From Octopus bimaculoides (lineage: Eukaryota): a stretch of DNA of 38,208 bases. Under the pieces are notes generated by a model. That model had not been told where the DNA came from and searched no databases. It saw only the letters and a list, made by a program, of their open reading frames with translations. Location: the NCBI RefSeq assembly GCF_001194135.2, contig NC_068981.1, forward strand, positions 117,858,713-117,896,920. The letters run 5' to 3'. The position numbers were made by a program, and so were the translations under genes. Shown one piece after another: positions 1 to 10,979 of the stretch (its first letter is position 1; the number at the start of each line of letters is the position of its first letter).

Positions 1-175
1 ATTATATGTGGGAGATTATACAAAAAATAACAACAGACGAGGACAGGTGGTGTAAATAACAAAAGTATATATTAGTATGACGCTCGGGAATACGGAAAGT
101 CTTTGACGTTTCGAGCTACGCTCTTCAACAGAAAGAATACGGAGACAAGGAGAAAAACACGGAGAAAAAAAATTG
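1..175 (-). repeat. Dispersed ~170-bp repeat, probably a Penelope-like element terminus (copy 1)
   Basis: Reverse complement of 601-765 with scattered substitutions. The minus strand contains TTGAAGAG-CGTAGCT-CGAAACGTC (105-128), resembling the hammerhead-like motif at Penelope-like element ends. Family assignment is inferred. Confidence 0.55.
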
Positions 176-600
176 AATAGTGTTCAGTCAACGGTCAATC
201 ATAATAATGGCCGATCATAACAATGGCTGACTGACCGGAAACACATATACATATATATGTGTGTGTGTGTGTGTGTGTAAGTGTGTGTGTGTATACATAG
301 ATACATTCATACATACATGCATGCATACATACATATTTATAAACTCAGCAATTCAAAGCTGGTGTACTTTACAGGAACAAATATTGTGGTCTACCATTAA
401 AGCTTGTTATCCTCATTCCTCATTTTATATTATCCTTGTATGATCTTATGCAAAGTGGAGTTCCACATGTATATCCAGCCCTGGAATACACCTGTAGTAA
501 CCAAATAATGACAGAAGCGCTCTTAGATGCACGTTACGAGGTTTTTAACTTAAATTATACTATATGGCCGCAGTCAAAGTAAAGGAGTCACGACATCTAA

Positions 601-765
601 ATTTTTTTTCTCCTTGTTTTTCTCCTTATTTCTTTCTGTTGGAGAGCGTAGCTCGAAACGTTAAAGACTTTCTCTATTCCCGAGCGTTAAACTAATACTT
701 CCTTTTGTTGTTTACACCACCTGTCCTCGTCTGTTGTTGTTTTTTTCGTAAATTCTCCCATATAT
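601..765 (+). repeat. Dispersed ~165-bp repeat, probably a Penelope-like element terminus (copy 2, inverted relative to copy 1)
   Basis: GAGAGCGTAGCTCGAAACGTT...CCCGAGCG...ACACCACCTGTCCTCGTCTGTTGTT...CTCCCA mirrors positions 1-175. Ends in (TA)n at a gap. Confidence 0.55.
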
Positions 766-767
766 AT

Positions 768-1759
768 NNNNNNNNNNNNNNNNNNNNNNNNNNNNNNNNN
801 NNNNNNNNNNNNNNNNNNNNNNNNNNNNNNNNNNNNNNNNNNNNNNNNNNNNNNNNNNNNNNNNNNNNNNNNNNNNNNNNNNNNNNNNNNNNNNNNNNNN
901 NNNNNNNNNNNNNNNNNNNNNNNNNNNNNNNNNNNNNNNNNNNNNNNNNNNNNNNNNNNNNNNNNNNNNNNNNNNNNNNNNNNNNNNNNNNNNNNNNNNN
1001 NNNNNNNNNNNNNNNNNNNNNNNNNNNNNNNNNNNNNNNNNNNNNNNNNNNNNNNNNNNNNNNNNNNNNNNNNNNNNNNNNNNNNNNNNNNNNNNNNNNN
1101 NNNNNNNNNNNNNNNNNNNNNNNNNNNNNNNNNNNNNNNNNNNNNNNNNNNNNNNNNNNNNNNNNNNNNNNNNNNNNNNNNNNNNNNNNNNNNNNNNNNN
1201 NNNNNNNNNNNNNNNNNNNNNNNNNNNNNNNNNNNNNNNNNNNNNNNNNNNNNNNNNNNNNNNNNNNNNNNNNNNNNNNNNNNNNNNNNNNNNNNNNNNN
1301 NNNNNNNNNNNNNNNNNNNNNNNNNNNNNNNNNNNNNNNNNNNNNNNNNNNNNNNNNNNNNNNNNNNNNNNNNNNNNNNNNNNNNNNNNNNNNNNNNNNN
1401 NNNNNNNNNNNNNNNNNNNNNNNNNNNNNNNNNNNNNNNNNNNNNNNNNNNNNNNNNNNNNNNNNNNNNNNNNNNNNNNNNNNNNNNNNNNNNNNNNNNN
1501 NNNNNNNNNNNNNNNNNNNNNNNNNNNNNNNNNNNNNNNNNNNNNNNNNNNNNNNNNNNNNNNNNNNNNNNNNNNNNNNNNNNNNNNNNNNNNNNNNNNN
1601 NNNNNNNNNNNNNNNNNNNNNNNNNNNNNNNNNNNNNNNNNNNNNNNNNNNNNNNNNNNNNNNNNNNNNNNNNNNNNNNNNNNNNNNNNNNNNNNNNNNN
1701 NNNNNNNNNNNNNNNNNNNNNNNNNNNNNNNNNNNNNNNNNNNNNNNNNNNNNNNNNNN
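768..1759. other. Assembly gap (first of 11 N-runs; others at about 4877-5325, 7111-7250, 10058-10476, 11508-11607, 26460-27443, 28568-28954, 31840-31962, 32943-33364, 34177-35046, 37084-37801)
   Basis: Runs of N, mostly flanked by microsatellites. Confidence 0.98.
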
Positions 1760-1799
<40 letters not shown>

Positions 1800-1800
<1 letters not shown>

Positions 1801-1978
1801 AATTATAGTTTGAATGGAGACAATACGGGTGGAAAACTATAGGAACAATATCCCATCTCCAACAATAGATTTAATATACATGTGTGTGCATATCATAGGT
1901 ATATTAAATCTTTTGTTGGTGATGGGATATTGTTCCTATAGTTTTCCACCCGTATTGTCTCCATTCACACTATAATTT
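1800..1978. repeat. Long inverted repeat (80-bp arms, 19-nt spacer)
   Basis: 1800-1879 pairs with 1899-1978 with 3 mismatches. Confidence 0.93.
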
Positions 1979-2567
1979 AAATCTTAGCTCAATTTGAACA
2001 CTTCAATTCTAGCCTGTTTCTGAGTATTGTAATATTAACAATCTCTCCTTATATAAAAAAAAAAGTACAATTATATATATATATGTTGTTTCAGTAACCT
2101 GGAATTAAACCTATGCTCTGCAGTCTCTTCGCTTCGTGTCATCTTACTGCATCTTCTTTCCATAACTGATGATTTATGATGAAGATTTTATCCATTTCTT
2201 TTCTACCCATGTCTTAGTGCATAAAACCCCTTCAACATTTACATCTCGATAGTATCGTTATGTAACATTCGTTCCTCATTTGTCAAATTGGTTTTATCAT
2301 TTGAGCTAATATAACAGACATTTGAACATCTGGTGATCCATGTATTGCCGATCTTTATCCTCCTCTCCAGCTTCTTTGCTTCTCTGCAATTAAATTAATA
2401 ACTCTACGTTCCAATGCATGAGTTTGCCGGTTGTTTTCTTACTATATTTACTGGTTACCACATCAATCTCCTCGACGACGCACCCATTTATTGCAATGCC
2501 CAACTCACCGCATGCTTTCTTGGTGATTTACTTTTGTTATTATTCTCATCACCGTTTTGTCGCTACA

Positions 2568-2708
2568 TTCTTCTTCTTCTTCTTCTTCTTCTTCTTCTTC
2601 TTCTTGCTGCTGCAACCCCCTCCCCTCCTCCTCCTTCTCCTCCTCCTCCTCCTCCTCCTCCTCATCATCATCATCACCATCATCAAAAGAGTTATTATTA
2701 TTATTATT
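2568..2708. repeat. Compound trinucleotide microsatellite (TTC)n-(TCC)n-(TCA)n-(TTA)n
   Basis: Read directly. Accounts for the poly-L/P/H/S/E ORFs at 2414-3076. Confidence 0.95.
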
Positions 2709-4750
2709 CAGTAGTCGTATTTTTATCAAGCGCTTTCACTGCACTACCGAGTGCAGCTCCGTGTGCCTTGGGTATGTGCTGTGGTTTGTTGGGCTCCTAT
2801 TTTCACTGTAGATGTGTGTGGTGCATTGTAGTGCTATTTTCTGCTTGTTATATATACTTGTTAGTCCTGGTGTTTTTGTTATGTATGTCTGAATATTTTT
2901 TTATCATACTTAATGCGCCTACTATGATAGGAATTGATTCTGTTTATAGTAACCAAATTCAAGTTACCTCTATTTTCAGATCATTGTATCTTGAATGTTT
3001 CTCCGTTTCTTTTAGAGAAACGTTGTCATCTGCTGGTATTGATACATCGATTAGAAAGCATTTTCTTTCTTTGTGATCTCTGACAACTCTATCCGGTCCA
3101 TTGACCTTAATTTCTTTATCTGTGTGTATTGGCATATCCCAGAATATGGTTGCTTTCTCATTTTCTGTGACATTTTCTGGCGTGTGCCTATACCATCTTT
3201 TTCTGTAGTTATTCCATAAAGTTGGCATAGATTCCAGTGAATATAGATCCCAATTACGTCGTATCTGTGAATATATTCCTTCCTAGGCAGGACTGGGCAG
3301 CCAAAGACAATATGATTTACTATTTCTTGTCCATCAACACATATTCTGCAGTTACTTGTATTTCTTTTCATTGCGTGTTTTTGGTGATTTCTGGTGGGCT
3401 GGATTTGATTTTGTGCTGCAACTAAAAATCTTTCAGTTTCTGCTTTGAGTCCTAACTTTCTCAGCCATTGTTGTGATTTTGCTTTGTCTATTTATTTTAG
3501 TTTAACCCAGTATTTGCCATGAAGGGGCTTTTCTTGCCATCGTTTTATCATGATCCGTTGCTGTTCTAGTTTCAGTTTGGATTTCAATTGATTTACAGCT
3601 TTTGTTGTTTCTTCTTTTTCTTCATGGTTGTAAGGTATTATGATTTCTTTTCTGTATTTGTCAGCTTCCTTAAAGACTGAAAACAGTTTCTGTTTTTGCA
3701 TTTGTTTTGTAGCTATATGTATTAGTTTTCCTTGCTTCTGAAGTAGGTATTTTTGTAGTCCTATGGCAGCTATTTTGTAATAGTTTCTAGCTGTATAACG
3801 CCTCTACAACCTTCTATATGCTGTATATATAACCTTTCTATGTCAGATTATGGGTGGTGCATCCTAAATCGTGTCATTATTTTTCTTGTTTTCCTGTCTA
3901 TTTTGATTAGTTCATTTAGAGTCCAGTTAAGAATATTGTAGCTGTAACTTATAATTTGTTTTTCGCATTCAGCTGTTCTCAGTATTAATCTAACTCGTCT
4001 GTAGTATTCTTTTCTTATCTTCTCCATCATTTGTGTGTGTTGTATCGTATTTAGTTTATTGATTCCTAAGTGTTTGTATGTTTGGCTTTAATCTAACTCT
4101 CTCATTTCATTTGCTTTATCTAGTATGATGTTGCTACTCTTAAATAGATTTCCTCTTTCGAAGGTTTCTTTGGTACATTTTTCTATGTTTAATTTCGTGT
4201 TTATTTCTTTGGTAAATCTATGTACTCTTTGTTTTAATGTTTCCAGTTGCTTATCATTTGTAGCGTACATATTTAGATCATCCATATACAAGAGATGGCT
4301 GATTGTTTTGCCGTAACAGTTGTATCCACGTCCAGTTCTGCTTAGCATGTCAGATAAAAGTGTCAGTGTCATGAAAAAAAGCAATGGAGAGAGAGCGTAT
4401 CTCCCTGGAATGTTCCGCTTCTAATTGGGATGGCTTTGGTTTTTATGAGCCTTTCTTTATCTGAAGTTGTAACACTGTCTGCCATTTATTTATGGAATGT
4501 GTTGTATATTTTATGATTACCGGTACTACCTTGTTCAGGGCTAGTGCTTCTAGGATCCATGTGTGGGGAATACTATCAAAAATCTTTCGGTAATCGATCC
4601 AGGCCATACTTAGACCCTTCTTTTTGCGGCTGTCTTCAGTTATGGTTTTATTGATCAGTAGCTGATTTTTTACAGCCGAATGAGCTCTTGCAGCCTCCCT
4701 TCTGCTCTTCTGGAAACAGGCTTTCTTCCAGATTTTTGCCCATTCTGTGC
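2709..4750 (-). mobile_element. 5'-truncated, degraded non-LTR retrotransposon with RT, CCHC knuckle and RLE domains (R4/Dong-like)
   Basis: Frameshifted minus-strand frames give RT motifs FPEEQKG...GCKNQLLINK, WIDYRKIFDSIPHTW, FQGDTLSPLLF and ISHLLYMDDL. These are followed by RKTRKIMT...MHHP, WQEKPLHGKY, the zinc knuckle CRIC...NHIVFGC and the RLE motif WD...PDRVVRD...IDVSIP...ETEK. (TAA)n lies at both ends. Confidence 0.9.
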
Positions 4751-4778
4751 TATTATTATTTTGTTGTTGTTGTTGTTG

Positions 4779-4876
<98 letters not shown>
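4751..4876. repeat. Compound microsatellite (TTA)/(TTG)/(TTA)/(TAG)n
   Basis: Read directly. Abuts the 5' truncation point of the LINE. Confidence 0.95.
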
Positions 4877-5451
4877 NNNNNNNNNNNNNNNNNNNNNNNN
4901 NNNNNNNNNNNNNNNNNNNNNNNNNNNNNNNNNNNNNNNNNNNNNNNNNNNNNNNNNNNNNNNNNNNNNNNNNNNNNNNNNNNNNNNNNNNNNNNNNNNN
5001 NNNNNNNNNNNNNNNNNNNNNNNNNNNNNNNNNNNNNNNNNNNNNNNNNNNNNNNNNNNNNNNNNNNNNNNNNNNNNNNNNNNNNNNNNNNNNNNNNNNN
5101 NNNNNNNNNNNNNNNNNNNNNNNNNNNNNNNNNNNNNNNNNNNNNNNNNNNNNNNNNNNNNNNNNNNNNNNNNNNNNNNNNNNNNNNNNNNNNNNNNNNN
5201 NNNNNNNNNNNNNNNNNNNNNNNNNNNNNNNNNNNNNNNNNNNNNNNNNNNNNNNNNNNNNNNNNNNNNNNNNNNNNNNNNNNNNNNNNNNNNNNNNNNN
5301 NNNNNNNNNNNNNNNNNNNNNNNNNATATATATATACATACACACACACACACACACACACACCCATATTATATATATATATATGTACACATACACACAT
5401 ATATTTTATATATATATATATGCATACATACATATATATGTTCCGTGTGTG

Positions 5452-5512
<61 letters not shown>

Positions 5513-5907
5513 ACAGACGTGTATTGTGTATTCGATAGACTTCCACAATTCTGACAGCCATGTTTATCTCAAATGTTTGAAAATGGAAGAGTTAATATTT
5601 GATAATTACGTTTCCTGATACCAACATTCATATACATACATGTACAGGGGTCCATGTAATGAACTATATTCTTACACTGGATTTCGTGACTTATGCTTAT
5701 GCAAGAAATACATCTCAAATTCCTTCGTGATTTTAATGATTTGAACAGTCGACATTGATAGTCTTCAAAAAACATACATGCGTATAGCATTTACATACAT
5801 ATATATTTACGTATGGGCATATGTAATGCATGTATATGTTTTTCAATGTATATCAATTGAAATTTCTCCACAAACTTAAAAGATAAGGCCTGTTTATCAA
5901 TACGATA

Positions 5908-6409
5908 TACGAAGATCGGCTGAAAAGTCCATAGGCTGACCATGATACGCTCACATATCGCGGTTCACATACTTTTCTCATCGCTGATGCAGTGCTTGGA
6001 TCCCATTCTCCAAGCTTTCATCATGTTCGTCAAAAATGTCAACAGCAGATATTACATCTTCATCACTGCGATACTAGTTCCCAGCCAATCAGTTATTCAT
6101 GATTGGGAACAAATGATGGTCAGATGGGGCCAAATGAGGAGAATAGAGTTGGTGATCGACCAGTTGAATTCCACAACCGTGCACAGTAGCTATTTGAAAC
6201 CAAAGTTTTGTCTGCTGGACTATTGTCCTGCTGAAACAAGAGACCTTTCGTCAGTTTCTCTGAGTGTCTGGTCTTGATAAACTTTCGTATCTGCCTCAGC
6301 AAGTTGGCATTATACTCTATATTGATGATATGGCCGTTTTGAAGATAGTTAATAAACACAATGTAATTAGCATCCCCAAAATCCGAGGCCATCACCTTCC
6401 CGGCAGACG
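5908..6409 (-). mobile_element. Mariner (DD34D) transposon, 3' half, degraded
   Basis: Minus-strand SAGKVMASDFGDANYIVFINYLQNG...LTKGLLFQQDNSPA and VDHQLYSPHLAPSD match mariner catalytic-domain motifs. TA + CGAAGATCGGCTGAAAAGTCCATAGG at 5908 resembles a mariner TIR. Confidence 0.88.
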
Positions 6410-7087
6410 ACAAAATTTCTGCCAAGATCAGATAGTGAACACACAGGACAACCGTTCGCTTGCTGTGTGCCGAAAACGTGTACCGACAGTGATTACAATC
6501 AAACATCCAATCAACATCATGGTGTTTGGAGTGATCACTAGTGATGACGACGTTATGCCTTCATTCATCTTTCCACACGGCCTTAGACTGAACACGGGTG
6601 CCTACATCAAGTGCCTGGAGGAGGTAATGCTGTCCTGGCTCAGGAGGGTGGTTGCTGGAAGACCCTATGTCTGGCAACAGAACTCTGCACCACGCCACAA
6701 AAGCAGGAGAACCTAGTCATGGCAGTCAGACATCTTCTGAAACCACATCAGCTCTAACTCCCCAGACTACAACACCCTTGATCATTATATGTGTGGCGCA
6801 GTTGAACGAGAGAAAAACCAAACTCCTTGTAACACAACAGATGAACTAAAGGCAAGGATTATGGCAGCATTCACCGAATTAAACAAGTAGGCCGTCCAGA
6901 AAAGATTCAGGAAATTCCAAAGCCGTCTGGAGGCCGTGGTTGAAGTCAATGGCGATTTTATTGAATGAATTTACTCTTCAGTATTTCAAGATATATAAGT
7001 TTGGTTGATATATTTGCTAAAATGCAATGTCAGTGTTATTTTAATTTTTGGGTAACTTAGACAACAGTTTATTCACCACCCACTGTA
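6404..7087 (+). mobile_element. maT/Bmmar1-like (DD37D) Tc1/mariner transposon, 3' two-thirds, degraded
   Basis: NFCQDQIVNTQDNR...MVFGVITSDDDVMPSFIFPHGLRLNT...RPYVWQQNSAPRHKS, NSPDYNTLDHY and RLEAVVEVNGDFIE. Ends in CCCACTG + TA. Confidence 0.85.
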
Positions 7088-7469
7088 TGTATATATACAT
7101 ATATATATATNNNNNNNNNNNNNNNNNNNNNNNNNNNNNNNNNNNNNNNNNNNNNNNNNNNNNNNNNNNNNNNNNNNNNNNNNNNNNNNNNNNNNNNNNN
7201 NNNNNNNNNNNNNNNNNNNNNNNNNNNNNNNNNNNNNNNNNNNNNNNNNNATGAGGTTAAGATCGTTATTTTAAATAACGAGCAAATCAAGCGGCAGCAT
7301 AGGAAGAAAAAAACTTTATACATTATAATTATTATTAAAATTTTATATATAGATATGTATATATATATATAATACAAATAATATGTGAGTATATGCATAT
7401 ATACGTACATGTATGTAATACCTACATCTACATGTATACATAGATGCATATCTAGGTACAGGACGTCAC

Positions 7470-7690
7470 AAAAAAAAAACGTGGTCACAAAAAAAAACGT
7501 AGACAAAATGAAAAACAGAACATAAAGAAAGCACGGAAAACTAACTTTTTTTCGGACAACGGTAGGAACACACAGGAAAACAAACATGCCACATAGAGAA
7601 CATTTCCTTCATCAGCTGCCCAACGTTATCACATCTAACAGCCGTTTCTGCTTTCGATGTCCCTCAGGGCAGCGAAACAAAATTTTGAGG
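7470..7690 (-). repeat. Probable Penelope-like-derived dispersed repeat
   Basis: Minus strand carries GCTGCCC...GGGCAGCTGATGAAGG and GAAACGGCTGTTA, hammerhead-like fragments typical of Penelope-like termini. No coding evidence. Confidence 0.3.
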
Positions 7691-8369
7691 ATAATATTTG
7701 TCATACTCTATATGAGATGTGGTACATGGATCTTCATCAGAGTGAAGAAAAATATATAAAATAAAAGAAGAGAAAAGAATAAGGCCACGAGATGAGGAAA
7801 GGGGGATTAATATATTTTAATCATACCATTTTGCAATGTGACGCTTCAAGTCGTTGAGCAAATGACAAAACTAGAAAATAATTGGTGGGTTAACATTTCT
7901 TTAAAAGTTACAGGGTGTATAAAAAGTAAAAAATGAAATAAGTACTTTAGTATAACGCGATTCGCCAATTGGTCTAGAAAAAGAATGGTACTTAAGATTT
8001 CGGAAATAGTACTATTTAATTTTTATCCAAATAACGTGCCGATAAACTAATTACATTAATATACTTACTGATATATTATAAAGACCAACCACCTATTGTC
8101 CGCAATGGGATTGACCAAAGTCCAGCCATCAATATAATTGGTCAGTTAAATGTAAAAACCAAAGGGCAATCTATTAAGACCGTTATAAGGGTAGATGTAA
8201 ATAAAGAAGAAAATTAAAACGCAAATAAAAAATAAAAATATGGAGAGGTAGCATATGTTATAAGTCGTTCAAGATGCTTATGACATTATCAATAAACCAA
8301 CCAAATATATAAACAAGCACCGTGCGACAGAAGGTACTACGGTTAAGGGGAGACTACCGTTAAGGGGAG

Positions 8370-8900
8370 GTAATGGCTAGATCATTGTCCTTCAATTATA
8401 TAATCACGATACTAAATCTATCTTCTGAAATCGCTACCACAGTCTCAAACGGTGGTCTTACTAGATAAGCAGTAATTGTCTAAACATTCCTAAATACATT
8501 CAGCCTAGTGGGTAGCGATTTTCTTCACCACTTCAGGGAGTGACGTCCCTACCTGACACGAGTCCCGGGCTCAGCTGGCTCCAACTGAGAGTACCCGGTA
8601 TGGGCCCTTATCCAGGGTTACAGAAAGGAGACAACCTTCAAAGAAATCGGGAGTGGAGCCACGTAGGTAGTTAGTGTTCGACTCGACACTCTTCCGGCAG
8701 CTCCTGCATCCAAGTTGGTTCCAAACGTAATGCTCTGCACTCCTTTGGACTACGTCAGCAACGTCGAGAGCGAAATCCTGACGGTTGGGCTACCTAGGAT
8801 TTTCTTACATCTCGCCCAGGCCTGCGCAAAAAATCCAGACTGGATTATTTTATGCGCAACACTATTGTCTCCCGAGACAAAAGGATACCAACAACAACAA
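8370..8900 (+). mobile_element. Possible 5' UTR fragment of an RTE-clade LINE
   Basis: GC-richer island containing CGGCAGCTCCTGCATCCAAGTTGG...GCTCTGCACTCCTTTGGACTAC...CTGACGGTTGGGC, which resembles RTE 5' leaders as I recall them. Preceded by a 17-bp tandem duplication (8336-8369). No RT or APE motifs seen. Confidence 0.35.
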
Positions 8901-9588
8901 AGTGGACCTATGGAGAAGCATAAGCACAAAATCCCAAATTAATTAAACGATTACAATTAAGTCACTTGCTAATTACTCTTATGGTTACAACACACGTTCC
9001 TACAGCAGTTTGTTAAATCATACTTAATACTTATGATTATTATTATTATTCATACTGTTATTATTACTAAACTTGTCGCTATATCAACCCTTGCTTGGGT
9101 GCATCCATATGGGGCCTACCACAAAATTACACTTCTATTCATACAAAATATGCCTAAGGGCAATAACAGTTCATAGGAAAGTGAATACTGTAGTACCAAG
9201 AACAAGGAAATACAATCTAAAGATGCGTGCAGTTAATATTAAGTTGTTAAATTATGTTATACGGGGAGGGGGTCTTAAATGAGTAAATCTAATGGGGTCA
9301 ACAATAAATGGAAGTAGACCAATACGCTGACTGAATGTGAGACCCTGAATGAAATTAAGTTAATTCAAACAAGCTAACCCATGATTGCAAAAAAAAAAGC
9401 CGTTGCTGAGATGGCAGGTACAGGCTCTCTTGGGGTGTGTGGTAATTGTGGGGGATTAATTACTTATGCCCTGTGTATTCTAAATTAGGTTCATAGTTGA
9501 AAGAATTGTCATTATTAAAGGGGTGAGGAGGTTATGTTAAGGAGAGATAGATTAATAATCTTTGGATTGTATTTCCTTGTACTTGAGT

Positions 9589-9835
9589 CTGTGTCTTCTA
9601 CTATAAGGATGGCCTTTGTGGGTTGACTTGGTAGATGGAACTGTGAGAAGCCTGCCGTCTGTATATATGTGCCTGAGTGTATATTCGTGTCTATGCCTGT
9701 CCCCCACCACCACTGCTTGTTGAGGGTCGTTATGTCACTCGAATCTTAACGGTTCGGCAAAATATACCGGCAGAATAAGTACCAGGCTTTAAAAAATAAG
9801 TACTGGGATCAATTCTTTCCACCAAATTTCTTCAA
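9589..9835 (+). mobile_element. Degraded tRNA-derived SINE (core plus tail)
   Basis: TTGGTAGATGGAACTG...internal TG-rich tract...CGGCAAAA...CAGAATAAGTACCAGGCTT...AATAAGTACTGGGATC is homologous to the copy at 18684-19095. Confidence 0.7.
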
Positions 9836-10745
9836 AACGTGAAGAAATGTGGGTGTGTATCTGTGTGCGTGTGTGTGTGCTCGTGTTTGTGTGTGTGTGT
9901 GTGTTCATATGCTACATATATATGAATATATATTTATATATAGGTGCGCATATATTTATGTATGTACGTACATAAACATATAATACTGATATATATATGT
10001 ATATCCTTGCAAACATGCATATACTCACAGATCGTGTATATATATATATATATATATNNNNNNNNNNNNNNNNNNNNNNNNNNNNNNNNNNNNNNNNNNN
10101 NNNNNNNNNNNNNNNNNNNNNNNNNNNNNNNNNNNNNNNNNNNNNNNNNNNNNNNNNNNNNNNNNNNNNNNNNNNNNNNNNNNNNNNNNNNNNNNNNNNN
10201 NNNNNNNNNNNNNNNNNNNNNNNNNNNNNNNNNNNNNNNNNNNNNNNNNNNNNNNNNNNNNNNNNNNNNNNNNNNNNNNNNNNNNNNNNNNNNNNNNNNN
10301 NNNNNNNNNNNNNNNNNNNNNNNNNNNNNNNNNNNNNNNNNNNNNNNNNNNNNNNNNNNNNNNNNNNNNNNNNNNNNNNNNNNNNNNNNNNNNNNNNNNN
10401 NNNNNNNNNNNNNNNNNNNNNNNNNNNNNNNNNNNNNNNNNNNNNNNNNNNNNNNNNNNNNNNNNNNNNNNNNNNNGGCAGACACTTAGACATAATATTT
10501 TTCACAGAAAACGTAGCCGTTTAGTTATATGGTACAATGTTTCTTGGATGAATTACAAAATACAAGAGGATAGACTGTCGGCTATTTATTTCGTTTCCTC
10601 GATTTTGGCAACAGGCCGACAGAGGAATATTTGTTATCTTAATGTGTTTTTTTTTTTTAAGAGAATGGTGTGTGCGTGTTTATGCGTGTGTGGATGTGGC
10701 TCTGTACTTGCACGCGTGCTTTCTTGCTTGCGTGTGCAAGGGTGT

Positions 10746-10794
<49 letters not shown>

Positions 10795-10889
10795 CGTGCA
10801 TGTGTTTTTAGTTCTGGTTTATTTTTCGTAACTTACACGAAAGCCTCGTGCTTCTCTGTCTATACATATAGGTATGTGTGTTAGTGTGT

Positions 10890-10922
<33 letters not shown>

Positions 10923-10946
10923 CATATGTATACATGTATAAATACT

Positions 10947-10979
<33 letters not shown>

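Noticed and set aside
692-1808. Long ORFs spanning N-runs (also around 4670-5618, 9912-10524, 26258-27538, 28428-29187, 32748-35173)
   Set aside because: They are open only because N codons and (TA)/(CA) repeats contain no stops.
2202-2216. 13-nt complement to part of miR-71 (CTACCCATGTCTT)
   Set aside because: No seed match and no hairpin; consistent with chance.
2060-2560. Possible degraded RTE-like RT C-terminal fragment on the minus strand
   Set aside because: Only vague similarity (ERRIKIG, WKEDAVR) across many stops; not enough to call.
2414-3076. 220-aa ORF with poly-L/P/H tracts
   Set aside because: Translation of a compound microsatellite plus the antisense strand of the LINE 3' end.
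7263-7281. 9-bp perfect palindrome TCGTTATTT-T-AAATAACGA
   Set aside because: Short and AT-rich; expected occasionally in 38 kb.
7905-7930. TACAGGGTG, resembling a Tc1/maT TIR start
   Set aside because: No partner TIR or transposase sequence nearby.
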